Source: Patescibacteria group bacterium
GTDB lineage: Bacteria > Patescibacteriota > UBA1384 > XYA2-FULL-43-10 > 1-14-0-10-43-13
Direction of reading: 5' to 3'
NCBI GenBank assembly: GCA_041649155.1
Contig: JBAZNP010000001.1
Span: 739,183 to 798,787, forward strand
Length of the DNA stretch: 59,605 bases
Part shown: piece after piece, positions 38,254 through 48,364 of the stretch
Layout of the letters: the number at the start of each line of letters is the position of its first letter
Numbering within the stretch: position 1 is the first letter of the stretch
Translations under genes and position numbers: made by a program
The notes under the pieces: model-generated
The model's input: only the letters and a program-made list of their open reading frames with translations
Told to the model about the DNA's origin: nothing
Databases searched by the model: none

Positions 38254-39341
38254 TATATTTCTTCTAAAATTTTAAGAATATTTTTAGCTGTTTTGTTCCA
38301 AGAAAATCGTTTAATTTGAATTTTGCCTTTAGATATTAAATTCTGCTTTATCTTTTTATCAAAAACTATAGAATTAATTGCTTCGGAAATTTCACTAACG
38401 TTTTCAGGATTAACCAAAATCGCAGCATCGCCCGCCACTTCTTTTGATGTTGGAATGTTTGAGGTTATAACCGGAATGCCGCAGGCCATTGCTTCCAGGA
38501 TTGGTAGGCCAAAACCTTCATAAAGACTAGGGAAAATCAATCCATCTGAAAGTGCATAAAGATTAGCTAATTTTTGGTCGGACATATATCCGGTTGTAAT
38601 AATATCTTTTTTAAAATTTTTATTTTCATTAATCTTTGCTTCAATTTCGTCGTAACCATAACCTTTTTTGCCAACCAGAACTAACTTATGATCGGTTTTT
38701 GATTTTTTCTTAAATTCTACAAACGCCTCAATAATATTTATTATATTCTTTCTTTTTTCTAGTCTGCCGACAAAAATCAAATATGGTGAGTTTACTTTTA
38801 AAATTTGCTTTGGTTTTGATATTTTTTTATAAATATTGCTATCGAATGCTAGTGGTACGACGTTTATTTTCTCTTCAGGAAAAGTATGAAATTTTAAGAA
38901 GTCTTTTTTGTTTGCTTCAGAGCTAAAGATAATCCTTGCAGCCTTATTTAGTGCTACCTTTATCGCAGCTTCCTGAAGCATTAATTCATATGGAGAATAG
39001 GCTTTGGGAAAAAATTTAAATGCTAGATCATGTATGAATACGGCGGTTTTTTGTGGGGAAAATGCTGGTATTGCGTTTGTAACTTGTAAAAATTTTTCAG
39101 GTCTGTCTCTCATGAGAGCCAGAGGCAACCTGAATTTATTCCATAATCTTGGAAAGGGAATGAGCTTTTCCTGAAAGTTCTTATTTTGTTTTAGGCTTTT
39201 GTCGATTGGTTTGTTGCTATAAAGAGAGTAGACGTTTTTCTTGTCAATTTTTTCTAAATTTAAAATTATTTGATAAACAGTATTATCAATTCCAGTTTTG
39301 TGTTTCAACGCAGTTTTTGATGCATCAATTCCAATTAACAT
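38253..39341 (-). CDS. Glycosyltransferase family 4
   Basis: FIHDL, VGRLEKRKN, FPSLYEGFGLPILEAMACG. Confidence 0.94.
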   Translation of the reverse strand: MLIGIDASKTALKHKTGIDNTVYQIILNLEKIDKKNVYSLYSNKPIDKSLKQNKNFQEKLIPFPRLWNKFRLPLALMRDRPEKFLQVTNAIPAFSPQKTAVFIHDLAFKFFPKAYSPYELMLQEAAIKVALNKAARIIFSSEANKKDFLKFHTFPEEKINVVPLAFDSNIYKKISKPKQILKVNSPYLIFVGRLEKRKNIINIIEAFVEFKKKSKTDHKLVLVGKKGYGYDEIEAKINENKNFKKDIITTGYMSDQKLANLYALSDGLIFPSLYEGFGLPILEAMACGIPVITSNIPTSKEVAGDAAILVNPENVSEISEAINSIVFDKKIKQNLISKGKIQIKRFSWNKTAKNILKILEEI

Positions 39342-39360
39342 TTGAATTATGGATTAAGAA

Positions 39361-39582
39361 TCATAAATTACGAATTTTTTTAAATCTTGATATTTTTTTA
39401 CCGTCTTTTTCTATTTCTTCCTGAAACATTGCGGCTGGACGGATCCAAAGTTTTGAATTTTTGTTATCATAAAGAGCTTCATAAACTACAAAATCTTCAA
39501 GAGTTTCAGAATGCTTAGCTATTCCTACCACTTTATATTCGTTTCCTTTGAAATGTTGATAAATTCCCGGTTCAATTTGCAT
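39361..39582 (-). CDS. DUF1653 family protein (start likely 39582)
   Basis: GIYQHFKGNEY, HSETLE..VVYEALY, LWIRPAAMF. Confidence 0.88.
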   Translation of the reverse strand: MQIEPGIYQHFKGNEYKVVGIAKHSETLEDFVVYEALYDNKNSKLWIRPAAMFQEEIEKDGKKISRFKKIRNL

Positions 39583-39625
39583 TGGTCGACTCCCATAATT
39601 CATAATTCAAGATTCGTGATTCAGA

Positions 39626-40633
39626 CTATTCTTTTGCCCATAAAACAGACTTTTTAAAAGTTTCAAGGCTTTCGATCGCAATACCAGTGCCTTTTACCAC
39701 GCATTCTATTGGATCGTTAGCCACTTCACATGGCACTCCGGTGATTTTGGTTAATAATGTATCAATATGGCGCAGTAGCGAGCCTCCGCTGGTTAAAATT
39801 ATACCTTTATCCATCACATCCGAGGCTAATTCAGGCGGAGTTTTTTGCAGGACAAATTTAACTGCATTAATAATCTCAATCAATGGTGGCTTAACTGCTT
39901 TTACAATTTCTTCAGAGGTAATTATAATGCTTTCAGGTAAACCACTGATGGCATTGGAACCCGAAACTTCCATTTTTGACTCTTTTTTAGGAGCTTGTGC
40001 TGAACCAATCTGAATTTTGATTTCTTCGGCGGTTTGTTCTCCGATAATGAGATTATGTTTCTTTCGAATGTATTGAGCAATCGCTGCATCAAACTTGTTG
40101 CCGCCAACCCGAACAGAAGATGAGGCAACGACATCTCCAAGAGAAATCACGGCAACTTCGCTGGTTCCACCTCCAATGTCAATTATCATGTTGCCGGTAG
40201 GGGCAGCGATTGGCACTCCTGCTCCCAAAGCCGCCGCAATAGGTTGTTTTATAATATAGGTTTGTTTAGCGCCGGCGGCATTACAAGCATCGATCATGGC
40301 TCTTCTTTCTGTAGAAGTAACACCTGCAGGAACCGAGACCATGATATCTGGTTTTAATAATCTGATGCTGCCTGAAACTTTATTAATGTAGTACCGTAGC
40401 ATCGCCTCGGCAATTCTAAAGTTGGCAATCACGCCATCTTTGAGTGGACTAGCAGCTATAATACTTTCCGGAGTTCTGCCTATCATTTTTTTAGCTTCTT
40501 CGCCGATAGCCATCACTTTATTGGTAGATGCTTGGAGCGCAACAACGCTGGGCTCGTTTATAACAATCCCCTTTTTGGGTAGGTAGACCAAAATATTCGT
40601 CGTACCTAAATCAATAGCAATTTTTTTGACCAT
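39626..40633 (-). CDS. mreB: Rod shape-determining protein MreB/Mbl (start corrected to 40633)
   Basis: IDLGTTN, NEPSVVA, PLKDGVIA, DIGGGTSE, AEEIKIQIG. Confidence 0.96.
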   Translation of the reverse strand: MVKKIAIDLGTTNILVYLPKKGIVINEPSVVALQASTNKVMAIGEEAKKMIGRTPESIIAASPLKDGVIANFRIAEAMLRYYINKVSGSIRLLKPDIMVSVPAGVTSTERRAMIDACNAAGAKQTYIIKQPIAAALGAGVPIAAPTGNMIIDIGGGTSEVAVISLGDVVASSSVRVGGNKFDAAIAQYIRKKHNLIIGEQTAEEIKIQIGSAQAPKKESKMEVSGSNAISGLPESIIITSEEIVKAVKPPLIEIINAVKFVLQKTPPELASDVMDKGIILTSGGSLLRHIDTLLTKITGVPCEVANDPIECVVKGTGIAIESLETFKKSVLWAKE

Positions 40634-40640
40634 AATAATA

Positions 40641-41900
40641 TTAAACTCTCTCAATATTTACACCGGCACCGATAAGTTTTTGATCCATTTGTTCATATCC
40701 TCTATCAATATAGTGAACATCGGTTATAGTTGTTGTCCCGTCTGCAATAAGAGCAGCAATAACTAAAGCTGCCCCACCCCGAATGTCCCTGCTTGATATT
40801 CTGGTTCCCTTTAAGTTTGTAACTCCAGATATTTGAATAATATGAGGACTCAGAACATCAATTTTGGCGCCTAGCACTTTTAATTCATCGATATATAGGA
40901 ATCGTCCTTCAAATAGAGTTTCAAAAATCTGACTTTTGCCTTTTGCTTGAGTCATTAACACAGCATAGGGAGATTGAAGGTCTGTTGGAAAGCCTGGATA
41001 AGTTCTAGTATCAATATCTGTGGCAGTTAACTCTCCGTGTGTTTTTGTTTTAATGTATGATTTGTTGTTTTCGATTATTAAATCGAATTTTGCTCCGGCC
41101 GTTTCCAGCTTTTTTAGAACAATACTTAAGTGTTTTGGTATCAGAGGACCGATTTTTACTTCAGAATTTGTTGCTACTGCAGCCATTAAGTATGTTCCGG
41201 CTTCAATGCGGTCAGGGAGAACTTCATGTTCTTTGCCTTCAAGTTTGCTAACACCCTGAATTGTAATATCATGAGTTCCGGCGCCGGTAATTTTAGCACC
41301 CATTTTATTTAAGTAGTTTGCCAAATCTTCAATCTCGGGTTCGGCAGCCGCAACATGTATTTGGGTAATGCCCTTGGCTAACACTGCTGACATAATTGCG
41401 TTTTCTGTAGCTGTTACACTCATCTTATTAAGAATGATTTCGCCTGCTTTGGGTTTGCCCTTTAGGTGATATTCACAGTCTTTTTTAGTGATTTTAACTC
41501 CCATTTGAGCAAAAACATCTAGATGCTCTTCTATTGATCTAGCCCCAATTAAACATCCTCCCGGTTCTGAGAAAACGGCTTTTCCGAATTTTGCCAAAAG
41601 TGGACCGATAACAACGATTGAACCACGTAGCTTCTTAATTAATTTGCTATCCGGTTTATATGAGTTGATTTTAGTAGGATCAATTGTGACAGTGTTGCCA
41701 TCATGGGTAATCTTTGTGCCAATACTTGACAAAATATCTTCCAGTTTATGGATGTCGGCTATCTCTGGAACATTATTAATTATTGAAGTACTGTTCGCCA
41801 AAATAGCCGCCGGTAGAATTTTTAGCGCAGCATTTTTAGCGCCTGAAATTTTAATTGTTCCTTTTAATTTACCCCTGCCTTCAATCTTGAAGTTTGCCAT
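40641..41900 (-). CDS. murA: UDP-N-acetylglucosamine 1-carboxyvinyltransferase
   Basis: SGAKNAAL, PGGCLIGAR active Cys, PDRIEAGT, YPGFPTDLQ, DIRGGAAL, IDRGY. Confidence 0.97.
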   Translation of the reverse strand: MANFKIEGRGKLKGTIKISGAKNAALKILPAAILANSTSIINNVPEIADIHKLEDILSSIGTKITHDGNTVTIDPTKINSYKPDSKLIKKLRGSIVVIGPLLAKFGKAVFSEPGGCLIGARSIEEHLDVFAQMGVKITKKDCEYHLKGKPKAGEIILNKMSVTATENAIMSAVLAKGITQIHVAAAEPEIEDLANYLNKMGAKITGAGTHDITIQGVSKLEGKEHEVLPDRIEAGTYLMAAVATNSEVKIGPLIPKHLSIVLKKLETAGAKFDLIIENNKSYIKTKTHGELTATDIDTRTYPGFPTDLQSPYAVLMTQAKGKSQIFETLFEGRFLYIDELKVLGAKIDVLSPHIIQISGVTNLKGTRISSRDIRGGAALVIAALIADGTTTITDVHYIDRGYEQMDQKLIGAGVNIERV

Positions 41901-41916
41901 AATAATCCTTGTCTAT

Positions 41917-42017
41917 GAATTACGAAATTACGTTCATTCTCATCAAATTTCTAGCCCCGATGTCATATCGGGATTGCAACCGTCGAAATTTGACAAGGAC
42001 TCACAATTTCGCAGTTC
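41917..42017 (+). repeat. Structured dispersed repeat, family B copy 3
   Basis: GAATTACGAAATTACG...CTCATCAAATTTCTAG...ACCGTCGAAATTTGACAAGGACTCACAATTTCG. Confidence 0.8.
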
Positions 42018-42083
42018 AAATTACTTACCTAGCTCTTGCTTAATTGTATGGTATTTTTGACCAATATACAATACAATATAAAT

Positions 42084-42803
42084 ATGACGAATAATCGCCG
42101 GACAAAATCAATTTTTAAAATTCTGGTTTCTCAGCTTTCAGTTGCATTGTTTATTACTCTTTTGGCTTTATTAATACTTTTTTATGCTGAAGGTTATCGG
42201 TTTAACTACAAAAATTTTAAAATATTTAGAACCGGCGTGCTTGCTGTTTCCTGCTATCCTAAAAATGTAACAGTAAAGTTAAATTCAAAAATAAAGAGCG
42301 ATAAAACTCCATATTCAGCAAACTTATTGCCGGGATATTACAGTATTGAACTTTCCAAGTCAGGTTTTGTTACGTGGAGTCAAACGGTTAGAGTTGAATC
42401 TGAAATGGTTGATAATTTTAAGTCAGCAGTACTTTTTAAGGAAAATCCGGAGATTGCATCTTTGACTGATCAAAAAATAATTAATTCTTTAAACTCTCCT
42501 ATCGACTCTTTGGCCATTGAGAATAAAAGTGGTATCTACCATTCAAATTATGAGATCTGGCTTGGCAACAATCTTGTTACTCGTTTTTCTGAACCTATAC
42601 TAAAAGCAATCTGGTACTCCGATAAACAACATATTGTTTATCAACAGGGCGATCAAATCAGGGTTATAGAAATTACCGGAACGAACGATACTTTGCTTGT
42701 TGATTTAAATGGTTCTGCCGTGACAAACTTTATTATAAATGATAAAGGCGACCAACTGTTCTACAAAGATGGCAGCGATTATAAGATAGCAACTATTAGA
42801 TAG
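42084..42803 (+). CDS. PEGA-domain membrane protein (start likely 42084)
   Basis: TM then YAEGYRF, GVLAVSCYP..V.V, LLPGYYSIELSKSGF. Confidence 0.75.
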   Translation: MTNNRRTKSIFKILVSQLSVALFITLLALLILFYAEGYRFNYKNFKIFRTGVLAVSCYPKNVTVKLNSKIKSDKTPYSANLLPGYYSIELSKSGFVTWSQTVRVESEMVDNFKSAVLFKENPEIASLTDQKIINSLNSPIDSLAIENKSGIYHSNYEIWLGNNLVTRFSEPILKAIWYSDKQHIVYQQGDQIRVIEITGTNDTLLVDLNGSAVTNFIINDKGDQLFYKDGSDYKIATIR

Positions 42804-42807
42804 ATAT

Positions 42808-43608
42808 TTAGCGGACTTTTGTTGGCATCTTCATTTCTGAGCTGGAAGCGGAAGATGTTGTGTTTTTATTTGGATCGGGATAATACTGTTTTGCTGTAAC
42901 AATTAATCGTCTTAGACTTGTACCAACTGGTGTGCAAGTCATTAAAGTTAATGTTGGGTTACTTGTCTGTGCCATGGGCGACAAATCATCAGGTTGCACT
43001 ACTTTAATATTGTTTACCCGATATAGATAGTCCTGATTGCTATATTTTAGATGAATTACATCGCCAACAACTACTTTATTAAGTAGGGCGAATACATTGT
43101 TGTAGTCACTTTTAATCCATGGATAGTTTGAGCTGTGTCCTGTTATGAAAATGTTTCCTTTTTCGCCAGGCAATGCTGTGCCATTAATTTGAATTAATCC
43201 ATTAATTAGATTGTCTGAAACACTCTTTGGTTCGTTATTAATCTTCCATGTAATTGGTGCAACAACATCGATTGAAGGTACTTTTAAATGGTTATCCTCT
43301 AATTGTGGCAATGGCGGAAGATTTGTCGCAAGAGTTGACTGGTTATTATTTAAGTTAATACTTTCCAGAATTTGTTGGCCATAATCAGTGCTGGCTGTAT
43401 TGTTCGATTTATTATAATTTGTGTTATACCAGTATAAAAAATTTTGTTTTAACTCCTGAAAGTTAAGTCCCACAAAAACCACTGCGGTAATAATCACGAA
43501 AGATATAACAGGTTTAATATATTTAAATATTTTTGCTTTGTCTTTTTTGGCTTTTTTGCCCGAAAAAATACTTTCAAGCTCTTTTTCTGTGAATATTAAA
43601 TGTTTCAT
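42808..43608 (-). CDS. Sortase
   Basis: N-terminal TM, GNIFITGHSS, LTLMTCTP catalytic Cys, RRLIV catalytic Arg. Confidence 0.92.
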   Translation of the reverse strand: MKHLIFTEKELESIFSGKKAKKDKAKIFKYIKPVISFVIITAVVFVGLNFQELKQNFLYWYNTNYNKSNNTASTDYGQQILESINLNNNQSTLATNLPPLPQLEDNHLKVPSIDVVAPITWKINNEPKSVSDNLINGLIQINGTALPGEKGNIFITGHSSNYPWIKSDYNNVFALLNKVVVGDVIHLKYSNQDYLYRVNNIKVVQPDDLSPMAQTSNPTLTLMTCTPVGTSLRRLIVTAKQYYPDPNKNTTSSASSSEMKMPTKVR

Positions 43609-43798
43609 CGCTTTGTTGTATGACTAATAATTATTTTACCGTTTTTATTCTACCAAATATTGTTACAAATTTCGAAAAAATAATATGAATTTATTGTTCT
43701 GTTAACAAAACTCACAGTAGTCTAGCTTTTTAGCGTAAAAACTGCTAGTTTATACGCGTCTGCTCACAACTGATATTAGAGAAGGGAGGAACAGTGAT

Positions 43799-44218
43799 TT
43801 GGCAGAAACATTCGTCATGCTTAAACCTGAGGCGACTAAGCAAAAAGACTCGCTTTGGAATGCTAAAGCTCGGCTTGATAATGCAGGATTACGAGTTGTA
43901 GAAACAAGAAGATTTCAACCTACTAGGGAGATGGCCGAGATTCACTATGACCAGCATCGCGACAGAGAGTTCTTTGAAGCAATCGTAGAAAATCTATGCT
44001 CTGGTGATGTCATAGCGATGAGAGTAGCTGGATCGGACGATGTAATTGAAGTTGTCCGAGATATTGTTGGAGACAAGGATCCAGCAAAAGCGACTGATGG
44101 TACTTTGCGCTGTTGGTTCGGGATCGATCTGACTCAAAATGGCGTCCATGCTGCTGATAGTCTTGAGGCAGCATTGCGTGAGCTTGAACTCTGGTTTGGG
44201 TCTCTCAAGGCCGCATAG
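43799..44218 (+). CDS. ndk: Nucleoside diphosphate kinase
   Basis: TFVMLKPE, HYDQH, GTLR..FG, NGVHAADS; GGAGG RBS, TTG start. Confidence 0.93.
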   Translation: MAETFVMLKPEATKQKDSLWNAKARLDNAGLRVVETRRFQPTREMAEIHYDQHRDREFFEAIVENLCSGDVIAMRVAGSDDVIEVVRDIVGDKDPAKATDGTLRCWFGIDLTQNGVHAADSLEAALRELELWFGSLKAA

Positions 44219-44248
44219 GCTTACACTTAATAGAGATTATTTGCAGTC

Positions 44249-44277
44249 GCTCACTCCTGACGGGGTGAGCATTTTTT
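44249..44277 (+). terminator. ndk intrinsic terminator
   Basis: GCTCACTCC-tgac-GGGGTGAGC then ATTTTTT. Confidence 0.75.
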
Positions 44278-44507
44278 AAAATGAGCTTTTATCGCTAAAG
44301 CAGTACTTACTTCAGAACCGTCCCCCTAAGACTAAGACTACTATTGTTTTTTTGCTCAGATTATTTATAATAAAGCCGTTGGATTTGATACTCCTGTCCT
44401 GCCCTTGGGATAAACAAAAGGAGTCCAAACGCAAATCAAGGGCCCCAAAAACTATCTCAAATGGTCGATTTGATAGTCATTCTAAAGATTCAATTTTCGG
44501 AGTCAAA

Positions 44508-44714
44508 ATGGACAAAGAAGAAAAGAAGAAGTTCGCACAGGAAATCGAGGAAGCTGTAATGAGCAGCGCCAAAGACTCGAAATACCCTTTGTGGCGAAGA
44601 TCGCATTGGGATGAATGGGGCTCGCCGGTTGGATTATCACTTGGCTGGGCGCTATTTATAGTTCCCTTGGGAGTATTCCTCTACCTGCTACATCTAGCAG
44701 GACTGATAGGATAA
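44508..44714 (+). CDS. Small membrane protein (68 aa; start likely 44508)
   Basis: GGAG RBS before MDKEEKK; C-terminal hydrophobic helix. Confidence 0.65.
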   Translation: MDKEEKKKFAQEIEEAVMSSAKDSKYPLWRRSHWDEWGSPVGLSLGWALFIVPLGVFLYLLHLAGLIG

Positions 44715-44720
44715 CGAACT

Positions 44721-44771
44721 CTCTAAACTAAAATCGTTCCGATGTAATATCGGAACGATTTTAGTTTAGAG
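44721..44771. terminator. Perfect 23-bp-stem hairpin between small gene and tRNA
   Basis: CTCTAAACTAAAATCGTTCCGAT-gtaat-ATCGGAACGATTTTAGTTTAGAG. Confidence 0.6.
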
Positions 44772-44799
44772 TCAAATTTAATTATTTACTAAGTTTTAT

Positions 44800-44886
44800 T
44801 GGTGCCGCGGGTGGGAATCGAACCCACATGGCCTTACGGCCACACGATTTTGAGTCGTGCGCGTCTACCAATTCCGCCATCGCGGC
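44800..44886 (-). tRNA. tRNA-Leu (anticodon CAA), CCA encoded
   Basis: GCCGCGA acceptor, GGAATTGGTAGAC D-loop, CACGA-CTCAAAA-TCGTG anticodon arm, long variable arm, GTTCGATTC. Confidence 0.97.
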
Positions 44887-44927
44887 AACAATAAAACTAA
44901 ATATGTAGGCTCATTTTAACACAAAAT

Positions 44928-45530
44928 TCAGCTTCTTTCAATTTCTTTTGGCTCGTTGCCCGTTAAATTAACAATTTGAGACGGGCCGGATTTTTCAATC
45001 TCTCCCCCATTTATAATCATATTAATTTGATCTAATTCATCTTTGGAATATTGAGTGAATAGTTCATCGATCGAATAACAATCAGGCAGACCCGATTTAT
45101 TGGCTGAAGTTTGGGCAATGATGCCACTGGATGATCCAATAATATCTAAAACTAATTTTGAGTCAGGTATTCTAACGCCCACAGTCCCCTCTTTCATGCA
45201 TAGTTTTGAAATGTCAACATCTTCCTTCGCTTTGATAATAAAGGTGTATTTGCTGGGAACGTGGTCTTTGATATATTTCTCAGCGTTAATATCGAGTTGT
45301 GAGATTTCTTGGATATTTTTAATTTCGGATGCTGCCAGCCCAATTGTTTTATTAATATCTCGGTTTTTAAGCCTGAAAATCTTTTGTAAAGCCTCTTCAC
45401 TTTTGGGGTCGCAAGCATAGCCGTAAACAGTATCAAACGGCAAAATAACAACGCCATTATTTTTAATAACGCTTGCTATTTCTCGTGCTGTCTCTTCAAT
45501 ATTTTCTTTGGTAATTTTTATAATATTCAC
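44928..45530 (-). CDS. tsaC: Threonylcarbamoyl-AMP synthase (TsaC/Sua5 YrdC domain; start GTG 45530)
   Basis: PFDTVYG, IFRLKNR, VGVRIP, QTSANKSG. Confidence 0.92.
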   Translation of the reverse strand: MNIIKITKENIEETAREIASVIKNNGVVILPFDTVYGYACDPKSEEALQKIFRLKNRDINKTIGLAASEIKNIQEISQLDINAEKYIKDHVPSKYTFIIKAKEDVDISKLCMKEGTVGVRIPDSKLVLDIIGSSSGIIAQTSANKSGLPDCYSIDELFTQYSKDELDQINMIINGGEIEKSGPSQIVNLTGNEPKEIERS

Positions 45531-45710
45531 GCTTCTTATTCTAGCACAAAATAAAAAAAAGCGAAGACCAAACTTGTCTGTTCCGGTAAAAATACACGAT
45601 CGACGATATTTACCGGAACAAAACATTTAACATTATGTTTGATAAATGTTTCGCCTTGTTTTTATCTGCCTTTGACAATATAATATTATTGAGTAGATGT
45701 CTTAAGGAGA

Positions 45711-46763
45711 ATGATGTCTGAGCATTTGGATAATATAAATTTAAAGAAAATTGATCCGGAAAATATGCTGTCTCATATTGAGAATTTTCCTCAGGTCTGT
45801 CTTTTAGCATGGAACGAAATGAAGAAGTTTGCTCCTCCCTCTTACTATATAAAACCAAACAAATATGTAATTTTGGGCATGGGAGGTTCGGGTGTTTCTG
45901 GCGAAATCATCAAAGATCTTCTCAAGAATACAAATGCTGTAGTTGAAGTTGTGCATGACTATGAGTTGCCCGGTTGGGTTGACACCGATACTTTGGTGAT
46001 CGCCAATTCTTACTCCGGAAATACCGAAGAAACGTTGTCCGCTTTTATGTCCGCGAAAGAAAAGGGCGCAAAGCTTCTCACCATAACAACAGGAGGTAAA
46101 TTAAAAGTTCTTTCAGATAAGTTTAAGATTCCATGCATAGAATTTAACTACGAATCATTGCCGCGGGCTGCCTTTGCTTACCTTTTTGTTTCCCTTCTGG
46201 CCTTTTTTATTAAAATCGGCCGGTTGGAAATAACTGACTCTGATTTCAACAAATCGATAGAGACGTTGAATGAATATGCTAACAAGTTTAAGTTATCAAA
46301 CCGAACGCAAATCAATCCCGCCAAAATTTTAGCAAGTAAGATTTACGATCTAATGCCTGTTATATATTCAAGCGGTAATTTAATTTCAATCGGTAAGCGT
46401 TTTAAAGAACAATTGAACGAGAATGCCAAGAATTTTGCTTCTCATGAAATTTTCCCCGAATTAAACCACAATAGTATAGAGGGGTACCATCATCCTAAAC
46501 ATGAAGTTATAGTGCTAATACTTGAGTCAAATTACGATCATAGTCGTGTTGTTAAAAGGCAAAATATTACAGCTGAAATATTGAGACGAAATAAAGTCAA
46601 GTTTGAACGCATAAAATTTTTGCCCTGTGACTCGCCGCTTTCGGAAATTTTAGTGGCAACGTTGTTTTGCGATTATGTTTCCTTTTATCTTGCAGTGTTA
46701 AATAACGAAGACCCGACATTGATTAAAAATATTAAATATTTGAAAAACGAATTATCGAAGTAG
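45711..46763 (+). CDS. Bifunctional phosphoglucose/phosphomannose isomerase (SIS domains)
   Basis: GMGGSG, SYSGNTEET, QLNENAK, PELNHNSIEG, DYVSFYLA. Confidence 0.93.
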   Translation: MMSEHLDNINLKKIDPENMLSHIENFPQVCLLAWNEMKKFAPPSYYIKPNKYVILGMGGSGVSGEIIKDLLKNTNAVVEVVHDYELPGWVDTDTLVIANSYSGNTEETLSAFMSAKEKGAKLLTITTGGKLKVLSDKFKIPCIEFNYESLPRAAFAYLFVSLLAFFIKIGRLEITDSDFNKSIETLNEYANKFKLSNRTQINPAKILASKIYDLMPVIYSSGNLISIGKRFKEQLNENAKNFASHEIFPELNHNSIEGYHHPKHEVIVLILESNYDHSRVVKRQNITAEILRRNKVKFERIKFLPCDSPLSEILVATLFCDYVSFYLAVLNNEDPTLIKNIKYLKNELSK

Positions 46764-46778
46764 AAATACTGGAGGGAA

Positions 46779-48338
46779 ATGTTTGTTCAGGGCAAAAAAA
46801 AACCTTTTTTAGCCATTATTCTTGATGGATGGGGTCATGCTCCTGCTTGGGGCGGAAATGCAATTTCTCAGGCTAGGACTAAGAATTTTGATATGATATG
46901 GAAGGAATATCCATCTACTCTATTAAACGCTTCAGATGGAGCTGTCGGTTTGCCTGTGGGCGCTCCAGGAAACTCTGAGGCCGGTCATTTGAATATTGGG
47001 GCAGGTCACATTGTCCGCCAAGACACTCTTCTTATTGATAAACAAATTTCAGATGAATCATTTTTAAACAACAAAGTCATTGTTGACGGCATAAAACATT
47101 CGATTACAAACAGATCAAACGTTCATGTGATGGGTTTGCTTTCAAAAACCGGAACTCATAGTGATATTAGGCATTTGTATGGACTTTTAACGGCATTAAA
47201 GAAAAATAATTGCAAAAAAGTTTACATCCACCTTTTTTCTGACGGTAGAGATTCTCCGCCAATGTCGGGAATTGAAATGGTCGAGGAAGTTGAGCAAAAA
47301 ATCCAGGAGATTGGTCTGGGTACAATTGCATCAATTTCGGGACGTTACTTTGCTATGGACAGGGACAATCGTTGGGGAAGAATTGCTAGGGTATATAATT
47401 TACTTGTTAGGTCTGAGGGTAATTGTCATGAAAATGCACGATCAGCATTTTCATCTGCTTATGCAGCTGGAATGACAGATGAATTCATAGAACCAAGGTG
47501 TGTTTCTAATAAAAATCAGAATTTTGAGCCTATTAGTAACAACGATACGATAATATTTTTTAATTTCAGAAGCGATCGAGCAAGGGAAATCACAAAAGCT
47601 TTTCTGGCTGATCGCATTGTTGACTTTTCCGATCGAAAGAAGTTAAACAATCTTTATTTCGCCTCTTTTGTTATTTATGACGATGAGAGTCTGGCCAAGA
47701 GGATTTTTAATCCAGAGCAGATAACAGAACCTCTTGCAAAAGCATTTTCGGATAATAATTTAAAACAACTTCATATCGCCGAGACCGAAAAATACCCTCA
47801 TATTACGTATTTTATTAATGGTGGCAGAGAACAACCATTTGCTGGCGAAGACAGGATTATGGTTCCGTCGCCAAAACAATTTCGAACATACGACTTCATA
47901 CCTCAAATGAGTGCTCAGAAAGTTACTAAAAAGCTATTGTCTAATATGAAGACAAATAAATACGACTGTTTTCTGGTTAATTTTGCCAATACTGACATGG
48001 TTGGCCATACCGGCAATTTAAGAGCGACTATTCAGGCTGCTGAATTTGTGGATAAGTGTCTGGGTGATATTTTAGCTTTAACCTTAAATTTAGATGGTAC
48101 TGCTTTAATTTTTTCCGATCATGGCAATGCTGAACAAATGGTCAATCCACGCACGGGAGATGCAGATACTGAACACACTACTAATCCTGTTCCGTTCATT
48201 ATTTTCAGTAATAAAAAAGAACATAAAGCTATCAACCTAAAAAAAGGTTGCGGTTTGTCGAACATATCCCCCACTATTCTGGATATATTGAAAATTAATA
48301 AATCTGCCTCAATGACAGAAGAATCATTAATTTTATAA
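46779..48338 (+). CDS. gpmI: 2,3-BPG-independent phosphoglycerate mutase, paralog 1 (intact motifs)
   Basis: LDGWG, GNSEAGH, DGRD, AMDRD, FRSDR, ETEKYPH, NTDMVGH, SDHGNAE, HT. Confidence 0.96.
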   Translation: MFVQGKKKPFLAIILDGWGHAPAWGGNAISQARTKNFDMIWKEYPSTLLNASDGAVGLPVGAPGNSEAGHLNIGAGHIVRQDTLLIDKQISDESFLNNKVIVDGIKHSITNRSNVHVMGLLSKTGTHSDIRHLYGLLTALKKNNCKKVYIHLFSDGRDSPPMSGIEMVEEVEQKIQEIGLGTIASISGRYFAMDRDNRWGRIARVYNLLVRSEGNCHENARSAFSSAYAAGMTDEFIEPRCVSNKNQNFEPISNNDTIIFFNFRSDRAREITKAFLADRIVDFSDRKKLNNLYFASFVIYDDESLAKRIFNPEQITEPLAKAFSDNNLKQLHIAETEKYPHITYFINGGREQPFAGEDRIMVPSPKQFRTYDFIPQMSAQKVTKKLLSNMKTNKYDCFLVNFANTDMVGHTGNLRATIQAAEFVDKCLGDILALTLNLDGTALIFSDHGNAEQMVNPRTGDADTEHTTNPVPFIIFSNKKEHKAINLKKGCGLSNISPTILDILKINKSASMTEESLIL

Positions 48339-48364
48339 ATCACGAAATTATTAATTTAAATAAT

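Noticed and set aside
44352-44507. N-terminal extensions in the ORF track (also ftsA, rpsU, lexA, tsaC, rarA, mreB, OFOR alpha)
   Set aside because: Downstream starts have RBS or -10 support and match family N-termini.
45610-45858. 82-aa minus ORF
   Set aside because: Antisense overlap with the PGI/PMI start; no RBS.
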